Below are positions 43,193-51,625 of a DNA stretch of 64,000 bases, one piece after another. The notes beneath the pieces were generated by a model. That model saw only the letters and a list, made by a program, of their open reading frames with translations. It made no database searches and was not told the DNA's origin. Every line of letters begins with the position of its first letter. Position 1 is the first letter of the stretch. Source of the DNA: a virus; the IMG/VR virus record IMGVR_UViG_3300029858_000005. The stretch is one strand, 5' to 3'. Both the position numbers and the translations under genes were made by a program.

Positions 43193-43920
43193 TTAGAGTT
43201 TATTGTTTAAGTAATCTGCAAGACTTATCTTCTTGCCAACGAGGCTTCCCTCATTCTTCTTTTTCTCCATCCATCTGTCGTAGAGGTCATCCATCTCCTT
43301 CTTGGTATGCTTCTTCGGACCGCCTTCCTTCTTGGTCTTTGGATAGACGACAAGAGGCTGGTCTGCAACCATTAGGTCAATCTGTGCTGATGAATAGCCC
43401 CACCAGTAGTCGTAGGCTGCAATGAAGTACTTGCGCTGAAAGAGGAAACCGAACTTCTCCGCTAGTGAGAAGGCTGCTCCCCAGCTGGTTCTGCTTGGAT
43501 AGCTTTTGCTTCGCTCCTCGTCATCGTCATCATCACGTCCGTCATCCCGGTCGCTAATATGGTAGCCAGTGAGAATGCGTTCGATGGAATTTTTTTTTTA
43601 GAAACATCGAGGACTCTCAGCACCTCGGCCACGTCCACATCCTTGATGTAGTAGAGCCAACGCCAGTAGATCCAATACAGGAATCGAATCTTCCAGATGT
43701 TGTTGAGGAGAATGCAGACACAAATCTTGACGTTGCGCTTCCATTCGTTCTTCTCCTTTGACCTGATGTGGGAACACCTGCTCATGGTTCCCTTGCGAAG
43801 CCAGCCGATCTTGTGCTTCTTTCCACGGAACACGAACTCGGTAGGCTCGTCGTGCAGCACGCTGTCAAGCAACTCCTGCAAGTCCACTGAAGGCTGCTCT
43901 ATTTTCTTTTCTTCTGCCAT
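43193..43920 (-). CDS. tail assembly chaperone -1 frameshift fusion (gpGT analogue, ~242 aa)
   Basis: After the A10 run, the -1 frame is open for 132 codons (NSIERILTGYH...ISLADYLNNKL*) to TAA at 43193-43195. It has no start codon of its own near its 5' end. Confidence 0.6.
43462..43920 (-). CDS. tail assembly chaperone (gpG analogue, zero-frame product)
   Basis: 152-aa ORF between the major tail protein and the tape measure. It contains the A10 slippery run. Confidence 0.7.
   Translation of the reverse strand: MAEEKKIEQPSVDLQELLDSVLHDEPTEFVFRGKKHKIGWLRKGTMSRCSHIRSKEKNEWKRNVKICVCILLNNIWKIRFLYWIYWRWLYYIKDVDVAEVLRVLDVSKKKIPSNAFSLATILATGMTDVMMTMTRSEAKAIQAEPAGEQPSH
43590..43599 (-). promoter_or_regulatory. 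A10 slippery site for programmed -1 frameshifting (or transcriptional slippage)
   Basis: The plus strand has T10 at 43590-43599. The minus-strand reading is GTT TCT AAA AAA AAA ATT. Confidence 0.6.
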
Positions 43921-44024
43921 GATTGTATGCTATTAAATGAAGAAGGGCGGCACGGCTGTTGATTAGCCTGCCGCCCAACGGTTTGTTATCCTGAATCTAA
44001 TTACCTAAAGAAGCCTTTACTTGA

Positions 44025-44636
44025 TTAACCGCCAATGCCTGGTTCACCAGCAGCTGGAGCCTTAGTAAGCCAAGCGATGCTGCGCTTACCTGCACCCTCG
44101 ATAGAACCTGAGAACTTAAACGCAACTGGCTCAGTACCGGAGTTGTCCCACTGCAATGTAGCGTAGAGAGCGATGTTGGTAATAACCATGAGGTTCTCCT
44201 TCTCGTCGTCAACAATAACGATAGTACCCTTGATCTTGAACTTCTTAGGCTCAACAGCGATACCTGTAAAGCCGGTAGTAGCGTCGAGGGTAGCGTCACC
44301 TGTACCCTTCAGAGTAACCTTGGTCAGCTCTGTGATAGCATCCTCGCCGAACATAATTGTCAGCAAGTCCTTTGCCTTTGAAGGAACAACGAACTCTACA
44401 TTGAAGTCGCCGAGCTCAGCTGTGGTTGCCCAGTCGCCTGCAAGACCGATAACCTTGTAGTGGTTGATGGTTGGGTCATCCATAGTCGCCTTCAGCGAGT
44501 CAACGGTAACCGGAAGCTCAACCTCTGGGGTGATGTCAACTGTAGCCTTGCTCAAATCGGTAATAGCCTTTGAGTAGAGCAGAGTTTTAGGACCATTGAA
44601 AATGTCCTTCATCTTGTCAATAGTTGTCATAGCCAT
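44025..44636 (-). CDS. major tail protein (position-based)
   Basis: 203-aa ORF directly upstream of the chaperone pair. It is followed by an 8-bp hairpin GGGCGGCA/TGCCGCCC plus a T-rich tract (minus strand) at about 43935-43970. Confidence 0.6.
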   Translation of the reverse strand: MAMTTIDKMKDIFNGPKTLLYSKAITDLSKATVDITPEVELPVTVDSLKATMDDPTINHYKVIGLAGDWATTAELGDFNVEFVVPSKAKDLLTIMFGEDAITELTKVTLKGTGDATLDATTGFTGIAVEPKKFKIKGTIVIVDDEKENLMVITNIALYATLQWDNSGTEPVAFKFSGSIEGAGKRSIAWLTKAPAAGEPGIGG

Positions 44637-44671
44637 AATCTAAAATATTTTAAATTGTTATACCTGAATAC

Positions 44672-45079
44672 TTATTTCGTGCGTAACCTTCCCTGTATGA
44701 TTGTCACGGAAAAACCTGCGCCATCGTCTGTCTGTAGTGTTATACGAGGATTGGAAACAATGAGATTTTTTGTGGAGATTGGAAATCTGTCCATAATCTC
44801 CTGGACTTTCTCGTCAACGCTAGAAACATCAAATGTGTTTGGATTTCTTGCTGAAGCTTTATCGCGCACATACAATTCGATTTGAGCTGTAGTGGTGAAA
44901 TCATTGTAAACTCCACTTGAGTTCATCTCGTTATTGTAGATACTAGATGGAAAGTATACCACGATGTAGCTGTTGATTTTCGTATCAACTGCTTTTGGTC
45001 GGCTCCGGGAGTAGAGCTTGTCACAAATCCCCTTCATTGCATTGCCGACATCGAAATATAGAGTCTTAATACTAACCAT
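44672..45079 (-). CDS. tail completion/neck protein (position-based)
   Basis: 135-aa ORF in the head-tail joining cluster. Confidence 0.5.
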   Translation of the reverse strand: MVSIKTLYFDVGNAMKGICDKLYSRSRPKAVDTKINSYIVVYFPSSIYNNEMNSSGVYNDFTTTAQIELYVRDKASARNPNTFDVSSVDEKVQEIMDRFPISTKNLIVSNPRITLQTDDGAGFSVTIIQGRLRTK

Positions 45080-45082
45080 ATC

Positions 45083-45616
45083 TTACATCGTTCTAAAGTA
45101 TCTAACCAAATATTCTCTAAGAGAGGTAATCACGTCGTGACCTCTCTTAACCTCGACAAACTTAGCGTAATCCACACCGGCAACAAGGAGCATCTGCCAT
45201 GTGGCATCGTACTTTCCTTTGTTGTGCTCCCTGGAAACAAGTTCATCCCACGCCGCGTTTGGACCATATTCACCACCTTCTCCGTATTCACCCTTGTAAG
45301 GTCTCCTTCCGCTGTCTTTGAAGGAGAATGAACTGCGATAATACTTATCGAGGTTGTATCTCTCTCCGGCAGCAAGGGTTACTCGGGTTGGCTCTGGGCC
45401 TGGAGCATAATGAATCGACTGCAATGAGCCGTTGTAATATGTACCGATGGCTGTTGACTTGTACAAGTTACCGGTTACGTCATCATAGTTTCGAGACTTG
45501 TCAGCAGCCTTCATTGTCATTTCAGCCGCATGGTCCATCTTCTGCTGCATCTTTGCTACAGCCATCTGACGGATTTTCTTCTCGACCTGTAAAAACTGAC
45601 CTGATAAACTTGTCAT
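45083..45616 (-). CDS. HK97 gp10-like head-tail joining protein (tentative)
   Basis: 177-aa ORF. The call rests on position and a general resemblance to the gp10 family. Confidence 0.45.
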   Translation of the reverse strand: MTSLSGQFLQVEKKIRQMAVAKMQQKMDHAAEMTMKAADKSRNYDDVTGNLYKSTAIGTYYNGSLQSIHYAPGPEPTRVTLAAGERYNLDKYYRSSFSFKDSGRRPYKGEYGEGGEYGPNAAWDELVSREHNKGKYDATWQMLLVAGVDYAKFVEVKRGHDVITSLREYLVRYFRTM

Positions 45617-45619
45617 AAT

Positions 45620-46036
45620 CTAAACCCTTGTCAAATTCCAATACACAACAGTCCTGTTATTATCCGGCTCGCAGTCCTTTACAATACCTACCTCGGTATT
45701 GTTACCGACAGTGGAGTAGATGGTGTCGCCGTCAAGAGGACATCTATCAGCATCCCATTCGTCATATCTGACCGGAATCGATGCCTTCCTCTTGTTCTGG
45801 TCGACATTCTTGTCTCCCTCTGTAGTGGTATCGGTGTAGCTGCGGCCTTCGCCATAATAGAGAATGATTTCCTTGTCCTCACCAACTGGAGCATCATCAT
45901 CGGCAAACGGGTCATCAGGGTCGGCTTTTCCGACGACCTTCCTCACGATCTTGATGATGTGAGGATATCTTGGGTTTCTGATATTTTCCTTTTCCATACG
46001 CCTTATTTGATGATGTGAGGGAGAGGTTCTCCCCAA
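45620..46036 (-). CDS. head closure/adaptor protein (position-based)
   Basis: 138-aa ORF. Confidence 0.5.
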   Translation of the reverse strand: MGRTSPSHHQIRRMEKENIRNPRYPHIIKIVRKVVGKADPDDPFADDDAPVGEDKEIILYYGEGRSYTDTTTEGDKNVDQNKRKASIPVRYDEWDADRCPLDGDTIYSTVGNNTEVGIVKDCEPDNNRTVVYWNLTRV

Positions 46037-46437
46037 GGAGAATAATTCGCCCTCTTTACTCCGTGGGAGGTCACCCGGAAGGTGGACTTCTTCTTGAGCA
46101 TCGAATCAGGCTCCAGCTCTGCATAGATAGCGTTAGCCTCTGCCTTCATCTCGCTCCTGTCGTTGTCCGACATATCATAGCCACCTCCCGAATGAGTCCA
46201 TCCGTTATCGGAATCGGAGGTGTTGTTCACCTTGCTCGGACCAAGAACAAACCATTTCAGCATGTCGGCATAGGCAAGTCTCACCTTGTCCTTGTCGCAG
46301 GCTTCGAGGTCGATGCCATTTTCAAGCTTCCTGTCGTGCATGATGCCCAACAGAGCCTTTATCGGCATCTCGAACTTCACCTTATTAATAAGGTAGTCGT
46401 TCACAGTGTAAATGTTCATCTCCGAATCCATAGTCAT
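46003..46437 (-). CDS. head-tail connector protein (position-based)
   Basis: 144-aa ORF immediately downstream of the capsid gene. Confidence 0.5.
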   Translation of the reverse strand: MTMDSEMNIYTVNDYLINKVKFEMPIKALLGIMHDRKLENGIDLEACDKDKVRLAYADMLKWFVLGPSKVNNTSDSDNGWTHSGGGYDMSDNDRSEMKAEANAIYAELEPDSMLKKKSTFRVTSHGVKRANYSPWGEPLPHIIK

Positions 46438-46459
46438 ACAATCTAGTTACGTTAAGAAA

Positions 46460-47641
46460 TTAACCCTTCTTGGTAATGTCGATAATCCAACGGTAAGGAG
46501 AATCGAGCATAGCAGGAACAGAAGCGAGGAACAAGTCTGTTTTGAACTCCTGGTAGAGACCGTTCGCGGTAATCATGTTACGCAGCAAGCCAAGCTTGTT
46601 GTTGGTCTGCGCCCAAGCCACATCAATGAGCTTGTTGCCAAGGGTGTCAAAGATACGCTTGTCAAGGATCTCCTTACGCATGAAACGCAAAGGCTTGCCA
46701 GCAGGACGAAGAACAACTGTTCCGTCTGCCCAACCACGAATCTCTGTAACTGTGCCATCGAAGCGCTTGTTGTGCTCAACCTCATCGACAATCTCGATAG
46801 GAGAAAGACCGTTGAGGTCAACAACAGACTTCAAGAACATTGCGTTGTTTGGACCGTAGTTCTGCAAAACTGCCACAAAGTTAGCGTTCGCCCAGCTCTT
46901 GTACAACTCAGCAATCTGCTTGTTCTTCAAGAATACGTTATTGTAGTCGTTCTTGGTCATCTGCCATACGAGAGGTACACTGCGGTACTCGATGTTCTCC
47001 TTGCGCCAATCCTCCTCAAACTTGCGCATCTGCTCAAGCAAGTCGCAGTTTGGATCGTTCCAGGCAAGCGTACCCGCCTTTTTGAAGTTCTCCTTTGGAA
47101 CCTTTGCGTCATACAGAGGCTCCTGGATACCACGACCAATCTTGTCGTAGTCGATGAAACCTGTCGAACTCAACTGGGCTGACATGTAGGTCATAGTCAT
47201 GTCGAGTGAGTCGTACAATACCTGTACCTTGTCGAGGTAAGCATCAACCAGGTCAGCGTCGTTGCCGAACTCATCCTGGAGAAGCTTCATCTTGTGGTAA
47301 CGCTCTGTCGCAGTCTCACGGAAGCCGTCAGCAGCGAAGTCTGGAATTGAAGCGGTGTACCACTCAATACCCTCATGGTCGTTCTGATAACCCTCGCCGA
47401 GAGGAGCACGGAGGTTCATCAAGGTTGCAGGGTTCAATGTACGTGTGCGAACCTTGAAGGTTGCATCACCATTGTTAGATGTAGGGGTGAGATTTGGATC
47501 AATGTCACCCTGTGTCAGATACCAGCCGTTGTTACAGCGAAGTACGCCGTCACGATTGACGAACTTCTGAAGGTAAGTGTTGTTACCCTTACCAGTGAAG
47601 AACTTCGCAAGCTGCTCGACACCAATATCAATTTTTGCCAT
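46460..47641 (-). CDS. major capsid protein (lambda gpE-like size/position)
   Basis: 393-aa ORF in the order scaffold - 257-aa protein - this gene - connectors. The 256-aa antisense ORF was rejected. Confidence 0.7.
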   Translation of the reverse strand: MAKIDIGVEQLAKFFTGKGNNTYLQKFVNRDGVLRCNNGWYLTQGDIDPNLTPTSNNGDATFKVRTRTLNPATLMNLRAPLGEGYQNDHEGIEWYTASIPDFAADGFRETATERYHKMKLLQDEFGNDADLVDAYLDKVQVLYDSLDMTMTYMSAQLSSTGFIDYDKIGRGIQEPLYDAKVPKENFKKAGTLAWNDPNCDLLEQMRKFEEDWRKENIEYRSVPLVWQMTKNDYNNVFLKNKQIAELYKSWANANFVAVLQNYGPNNAMFLKSVVDLNGLSPIEIVDEVEHNKRFDGTVTEIRGWADGTVVLRPAGKPLRFMRKEILDKRIFDTLGNKLIDVAWAQTNNKLGLLRNMITANGLYQEFKTDLFLASVPAMLDSPYRWIIDITKKG

Positions 47642-47676
47642 AATCCTGAATCAATCTTTTTACGTTAGACAATAGG

Positions 47677-48450
47677 TTAAATATGCCAGAACTCTGGGTA
47701 GAGTGACTTGTTCATCGCCTTGACAGCAGGAGGAACAGGACCCATACGGTCAAGCCACATAACGCAGTCTGGATTCAACATACAGAAGTTGACGTTTGTA
47801 CGAGGCTTGTGGTACTTGTCGCCGCCGGCATCAAAATAAGGGAAGTCGTTGTCGCTCGGAGCAAAGCAGTTAGGGTTGGTTACCATAGGCAGCACGCTCG
47901 CGCCCGCCTTCTCTGCCTCCACCAGCACGTCACCAGCGCTCAATGTTCCAAGCGTCTCCGAGAGGGTCAGCTTCCATACGTCGCCTACCGATGTATCGGT
48001 GGTTGCCTCCACGGCGGTCACAGTCACACCCTTTGCCTTTGTCTTAAAGTCCTTCTGACCGACCATGATGGTGTCGCCAGGGAACGGGATGTGAACAAAG
48101 CCGTTACGAACGATGTAGATGTCTGTGTCTGTAGCCGCAGCGGTAGCCTTTGCCACGCCGTAAGCCTTCAGAATCTTGATGGTAGCACCAGGACCATCGT
48201 TGCCTGCTGTAAAGCCAAGGTCGTGCTCGATCAAGTCACCGGCATAAATCTTAGCCTGGCCCTTGAATGGGTTGACAAGCTTACCACCAATAGGTGGGTG
48301 AACGAAGGCATTCTTGATGAGTGCCTCAAGGCCAGCAAACACGTATCGGGTTCCACCGACCTTACCTTCTGTCTGAACAATGGTTGCGCCGTGGTTCAGC
48401 ATACCACGAGTACCCATCTGTTCCATGTAGGAAATAGAAGTGTTGTCCAT
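47677..48450 (-). CDS. capsid-associated protein (decoration or second head protein; position-based)
   Basis: 257-aa ORF between the scaffold and the major capsid protein. Confidence 0.6.
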   Translation of the reverse strand: MDNTSISYMEQMGTRGMLNHGATIVQTEGKVGGTRYVFAGLEALIKNAFVHPPIGGKLVNPFKGQAKIYAGDLIEHDLGFTAGNDGPGATIKILKAYGVAKATAAATDTDIYIVRNGFVHIPFPGDTIMVGQKDFKTKAKGVTVTAVEATTDTSVGDVWKLTLSETLGTLSAGDVLVEAEKAGASVLPMVTNPNCFAPSDNDFPYFDAGGDKYHKPRTNVNFCMLNPDCVMWLDRMGPVPPAVKAMNKSLYPEFWHI

Positions 48451-48485
48451 AATCTTTTTACCTTTTTAAAATTGTTATCCTGAAA

Positions 48486-49184
48486 TTACTTCTTGTCTCC
48501 ACCGCCGAATCTCTTCTTTCGACGCTCGGCCACTTCTTCCATAAACTTGTCATCATCTGTGGACGTGCCTCCGCTAGACGTGCGACTGCCTTTTGCAGGA
48601 ATACCGTTTTCACCGGTAGCTTCCTTGTACTCTGCGGTGTAGATCTTCTCAGCCTTAGAAACCAGGTCGTCGATGTCGGCATCTTCGTCCGGAATCTCCA
48701 GCTTTGCGATTGCAGCATTGAGGAAGTAGTTCTTCATTTCAAGGTTTGCCTTGTCGAACTTATCCTTCAAACCTGCCTTTACAGACTCGATGGTTGCCTT
48801 CCTTGCAGCCTTCTTGTCTCTTTCTGCGTTAGCTTCCTTGAGGGCTTTGATTTCTTTGAGAAGCTCGTTGTACTTGTCGTCAGAACCGGTTTTACCCTTG
48901 TCTTCCTCCTTGCGCTTACGCTCCTCTTCCTCTTCCTTCTTCTTGCGTTCAGCTTCCTCCTTGCTCTTCTTTACCTCGTCAGAGATATTCTTGTGCAAGT
49001 TGCCGTTGATACGCTTCAGACGGTTTGCTAACTTGGTAACCAACTTGGAATTTGCTTCCTCGTCATCACCGAAATCTTCCAAAACATCATCAAGTTCCTC
49101 ATCGATGGTCTTTTGGCTAAGTTCTTTGAACTTGGTGGTATCAACCTCCTTGTTCACTAATGCTAAGAGTTCCTCTCTTGTCAT
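48486..49184 (-). CDS. scaffolding protein
   Basis: 232 aa, highly charged helical sequence (EEAERKKKEEEEERKRKEEDKGK). It is the first gene of the leftward head operon. Confidence 0.65.
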   Translation of the reverse strand: MTREELLALVNKEVDTTKFKELSQKTIDEELDDVLEDFGDDEEANSKLVTKLANRLKRINGNLHKNISDEVKKSKEEAERKKKEEEEERKRKEEDKGKTGSDDKYNELLKEIKALKEANAERDKKAARKATIESVKAGLKDKFDKANLEMKNYFLNAAIAKLEIPDEDADIDDLVSKAEKIYTAEYKEATGENGIPAKGSRTSSGGTSTDDDKFMEEVAERRKKRFGGGDKK

Positions 49185-49330
49185 GTTGTTTTTTTGATTA
49201 AAATGTTATCCCGAAAGTGGTCCCTCCACCTCGAAAACGTATAAATATACCTTTTATTTTGCAAATATATGAATAAATATGCAATTATCCAAGAAAAATT
49301 GTATATTTTTGCAGTATTAAATGTATATTT

Positions 49331-51625
49331 ATGCAAAAGGAAGTATTTTCAGGATTAAAATTGGATAACGGTGAGCCTATTTATACTCAAGAGTATATCC
49401 AATCATTAAGAGACGCCGATAAGAAGCATCCCGACAAGCTGAAGATTATAGCTCAGCGTGGCGGTCAGGAGCGCATGCTGTCTATTGATGCAGATATTAA
49501 GATAGTTGGCGGCTCGCGAGGTGGACCTCTGGATGAAGACACGAGAGTGTTAACTACTAGAGGATTCATTAAAATCAAGCATCTTAAATATGGCGACACC
49601 GTAATAGGACATGACGGTAAGGGACATAGAGTATTAGGTCGAATCGATTATCCTGATAGAGATTGCTACGAAATTGAACTATCTGACGGATCGAGTGTAG
49701 TATGCTCGGATGACCATATCTGGAATGTATCTATCGATGGCGACAGGAGATTTATGCCACATCTTGCCTGTGAGATAGCTAGTTACATCAACGAAGGCTA
49801 CGACATCACTATTCCCTGCGTAAAACCTGTAGAGTTTGATGAAAAGTTCGGCCTAGCCTCTGTCGCTGAGAGAACTGAGTCTTTAAGACGTATCATCGAA
49901 ACATCGGGTAGATTTTCCGGAAAATACTGGAAGAAGACTTTCAAGACAAGAAAGAAAGCATTCGATTTCAAGTATCTGGTTGATAGTCTCGGTTCTGTTT
50001 GCTACGTAAAAAGGAAGTCAAACAAGAAATGGGAGGTTCGATTCGATTACAGAAAGAAGGAATTAGAGAGGAGGATTGTCAGCTGTAAACCGGTCGGCAA
50101 GCGAAACTGCTGTTGCATCGCCGTTGAGAATCCGGACTCATTATTCGTTGTCGAGGACTTTATCGTCACTCACAACTCCAAGTCCTTCTCTTCCCTTATG
50201 GAAGTTCTGAAGGATATCAAAAATCCAGATTTCCATGCAACAATTCTTCGTAACGAAAAAGACGACTTGCAGTCCTTGGTGACAGACTCTTACAAATTGT
50301 TCTCCCAATTTGGAACTTACAATAAGTCACAGAACGATATGACCTGGAACTTCGACAACGGAGGATGGCTCAAATTCTCGTACTACGCAGGAGCCTATCA
50401 GGATTTCAAGACACGATTCCAGGGGCGCCAGTATGCCTATGTCTGCATCGATGAGGGTACTCAGTGTCCATACAAGAAGTTCAAGTACCTATTGACCAAC
50501 AACCGAAACGCAGCTCACATACGAAACCGATTCTGGATTACCTGTAACCCTGACCCGGAATCATGGGTGCGAAAGTTCATCGACTGGTGGGTTGACGAGA
50601 ATGGATACATAATACCGGAGCGAGATGGAGTTATCCGCTACTGCTTCATGGATGGTGATACACCGGACTCTATCTACTGGGGTAACACAAGAGAAGAGGT
50701 ATACGAACAGTGCAAGGGCATCATCGATAGCCTCTGGAAGGACAGCTACGAGGAACTTGGATACACGAAGCTCGAAATGTTCATCAAGTCGGCAACATTC
50801 GTTCGCGCTGACGTATCAGAGAATATTAAGCTTATCTCTACCGATGCCTCATATCTCGCCAACCTTGCCCAACAGGACGAGGAACAGCGCATGCGAGACC
50901 TGGAAGCTAACTGGAACTGGAAAGCTGCCGGTGATGACATGATCAAGATGGAAGACCTTGATGAAATCTACGACAATGCAGAACAGATAGGAGATGGAAA
51001 ACGCAGAGCTTCTGCCGATATCGCATTCACCGGAGGCGATAACTTCGTAATGTGGCTTTGGGAAGGATGGCATTGTAAAGACTTGGTTGTTCTGAGGCTG
51101 GACCCTAAGACACTCGTTTCGGTAGTTGAGGCCAAGCTGAGAGAGTGGGGTGTCGAGGAATGTAACTTCACTTACGATATGCAGGGTATCGGTCAGTACT
51201 TTAAGGGATTCTTCAAGGATGCCGTCCCATTCAACAACCAGGCAGCACCTATCGCTAGGAATCATCAGGAAGAAGAAGGAATCAAATACCTATATAAGGA
51301 TTTGAAGTCTCAGTGCGCATGGTTATTCTATAAGATGATAAAAGAGAAGCAGATTTCCATCGACTCGGCCCTGCTTGAAAGAAAGTATTCAGGAAACGGA
51401 TTTGACAAGGTTCCTCTCAGACAGATTCTTCAGAAGGAGCGTAAGATGCTCAGACGTGACGAGAATAGCGATGATAGGGGATTCAAGCTATTACCTAAGA
51501 AGATTGCCAAGAAATATGTCGGGCACTCGCCTGACTTCTTTGAATCTTGGTTCTACGTAATGATATTCAGTTTAACAAAAAAGAAAAATAAAAAGGTAAA
51601 AGGATTATGGATGCTATCAAGGTAA
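49331..51625 (+). CDS. terL: terminase large subunit interrupted by an intein in the Walker A loop
   Basis: The exteins give IVGGSRGG/SKSFSS (P-loop), YVCIDEGTQ (Walker B) and WITCNPD. The C-terminal half is the nuclease domain. Confidence 0.85.
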   Translation: MQKEVFSGLKLDNGEPIYTQEYIQSLRDADKKHPDKLKIIAQRGGQERMLSIDADIKIVGGSRGGPLDEDTRVLTTRGFIKIKHLKYGDTVIGHDGKGHRVLGRIDYPDRDCYEIELSDGSSVVCSDDHIWNVSIDGDRRFMPHLACEIASYINEGYDITIPCVKPVEFDEKFGLASVAERTESLRRIIETSGRFSGKYWKKTFKTRKKAFDFKYLVDSLGSVCYVKRKSNKKWEVRFDYRKKELERRIVSCKPVGKRNCCCIAVENPDSLFVVEDFIVTHNSKSFSSLMEVLKDIKNPDFHATILRNEKDDLQSLVTDSYKLFSQFGTYNKSQNDMTWNFDNGGWLKFSYYAGAYQDFKTRFQGRQYAYVCIDEGTQCPYKKFKYLLTNNRNAAHIRNRFWITCNPDPESWVRKFIDWWVDENGYIIPERDGVIRYCFMDGDTPDSIYWGNTREEVYEQCKGIIDSLWKDSYEELGYTKLEMFIKSATFVRADVSENIKLISTDASYLANLAQQDEEQRMRDLEANWNWKAAGDDMIKMEDLDEIYDNAEQIGDGKRRASADIAFTGGDNFVMWLWEGWHCKDLVVLRLDPKTLVSVVEAKLREWGVEECNFTYDMQGIGQYFKGFFKDAVPFNNQAAPIARNHQEEEGIKYLYKDLKSQCAWLFYKMIKEKQISIDSALLERKYSGNGFDKVPLRQILQKERKMLRRDENSDDRGFKLLPKKIAKKYVGHSPDFFESWFYVMIFSLTKKKNKKVKGLWMLSR
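49526..50176 (+). mobile_element. 217-aa intein (Hint domain with short central insert), class-3-like signature
   Basis: Block A (P)LDEDTRVLT, block B VVCSDDHIW, block F CCCIAVEN, block G FIVTHN followed by +1 Ser. Removing it restores GGSRGG-SKS. Confidence 0.75.

Noticed and set aside
43590-43599. T10/A10 run as a simple assembly indel splitting one gene
   Set aside because: This is possible in principle. However, the position between the major tail protein and the tape measure, the zero-frame stop shortly after the run, and the long startless -1 frame match the conserved G/GT frameshift design. I reported it as a programmed shift with the caveat.
46412-48483. 256-aa and 224-aa plus-strand ORFs (46412..47182 and 47809..48483) antisense to the capsid genes
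   Set aside because: They are shadow ORFs of highly expressed minus-strand structural genes. Their composition is Val/Leu/His/Cys-rich and not protein-like, and the surrounding operon runs the other way.
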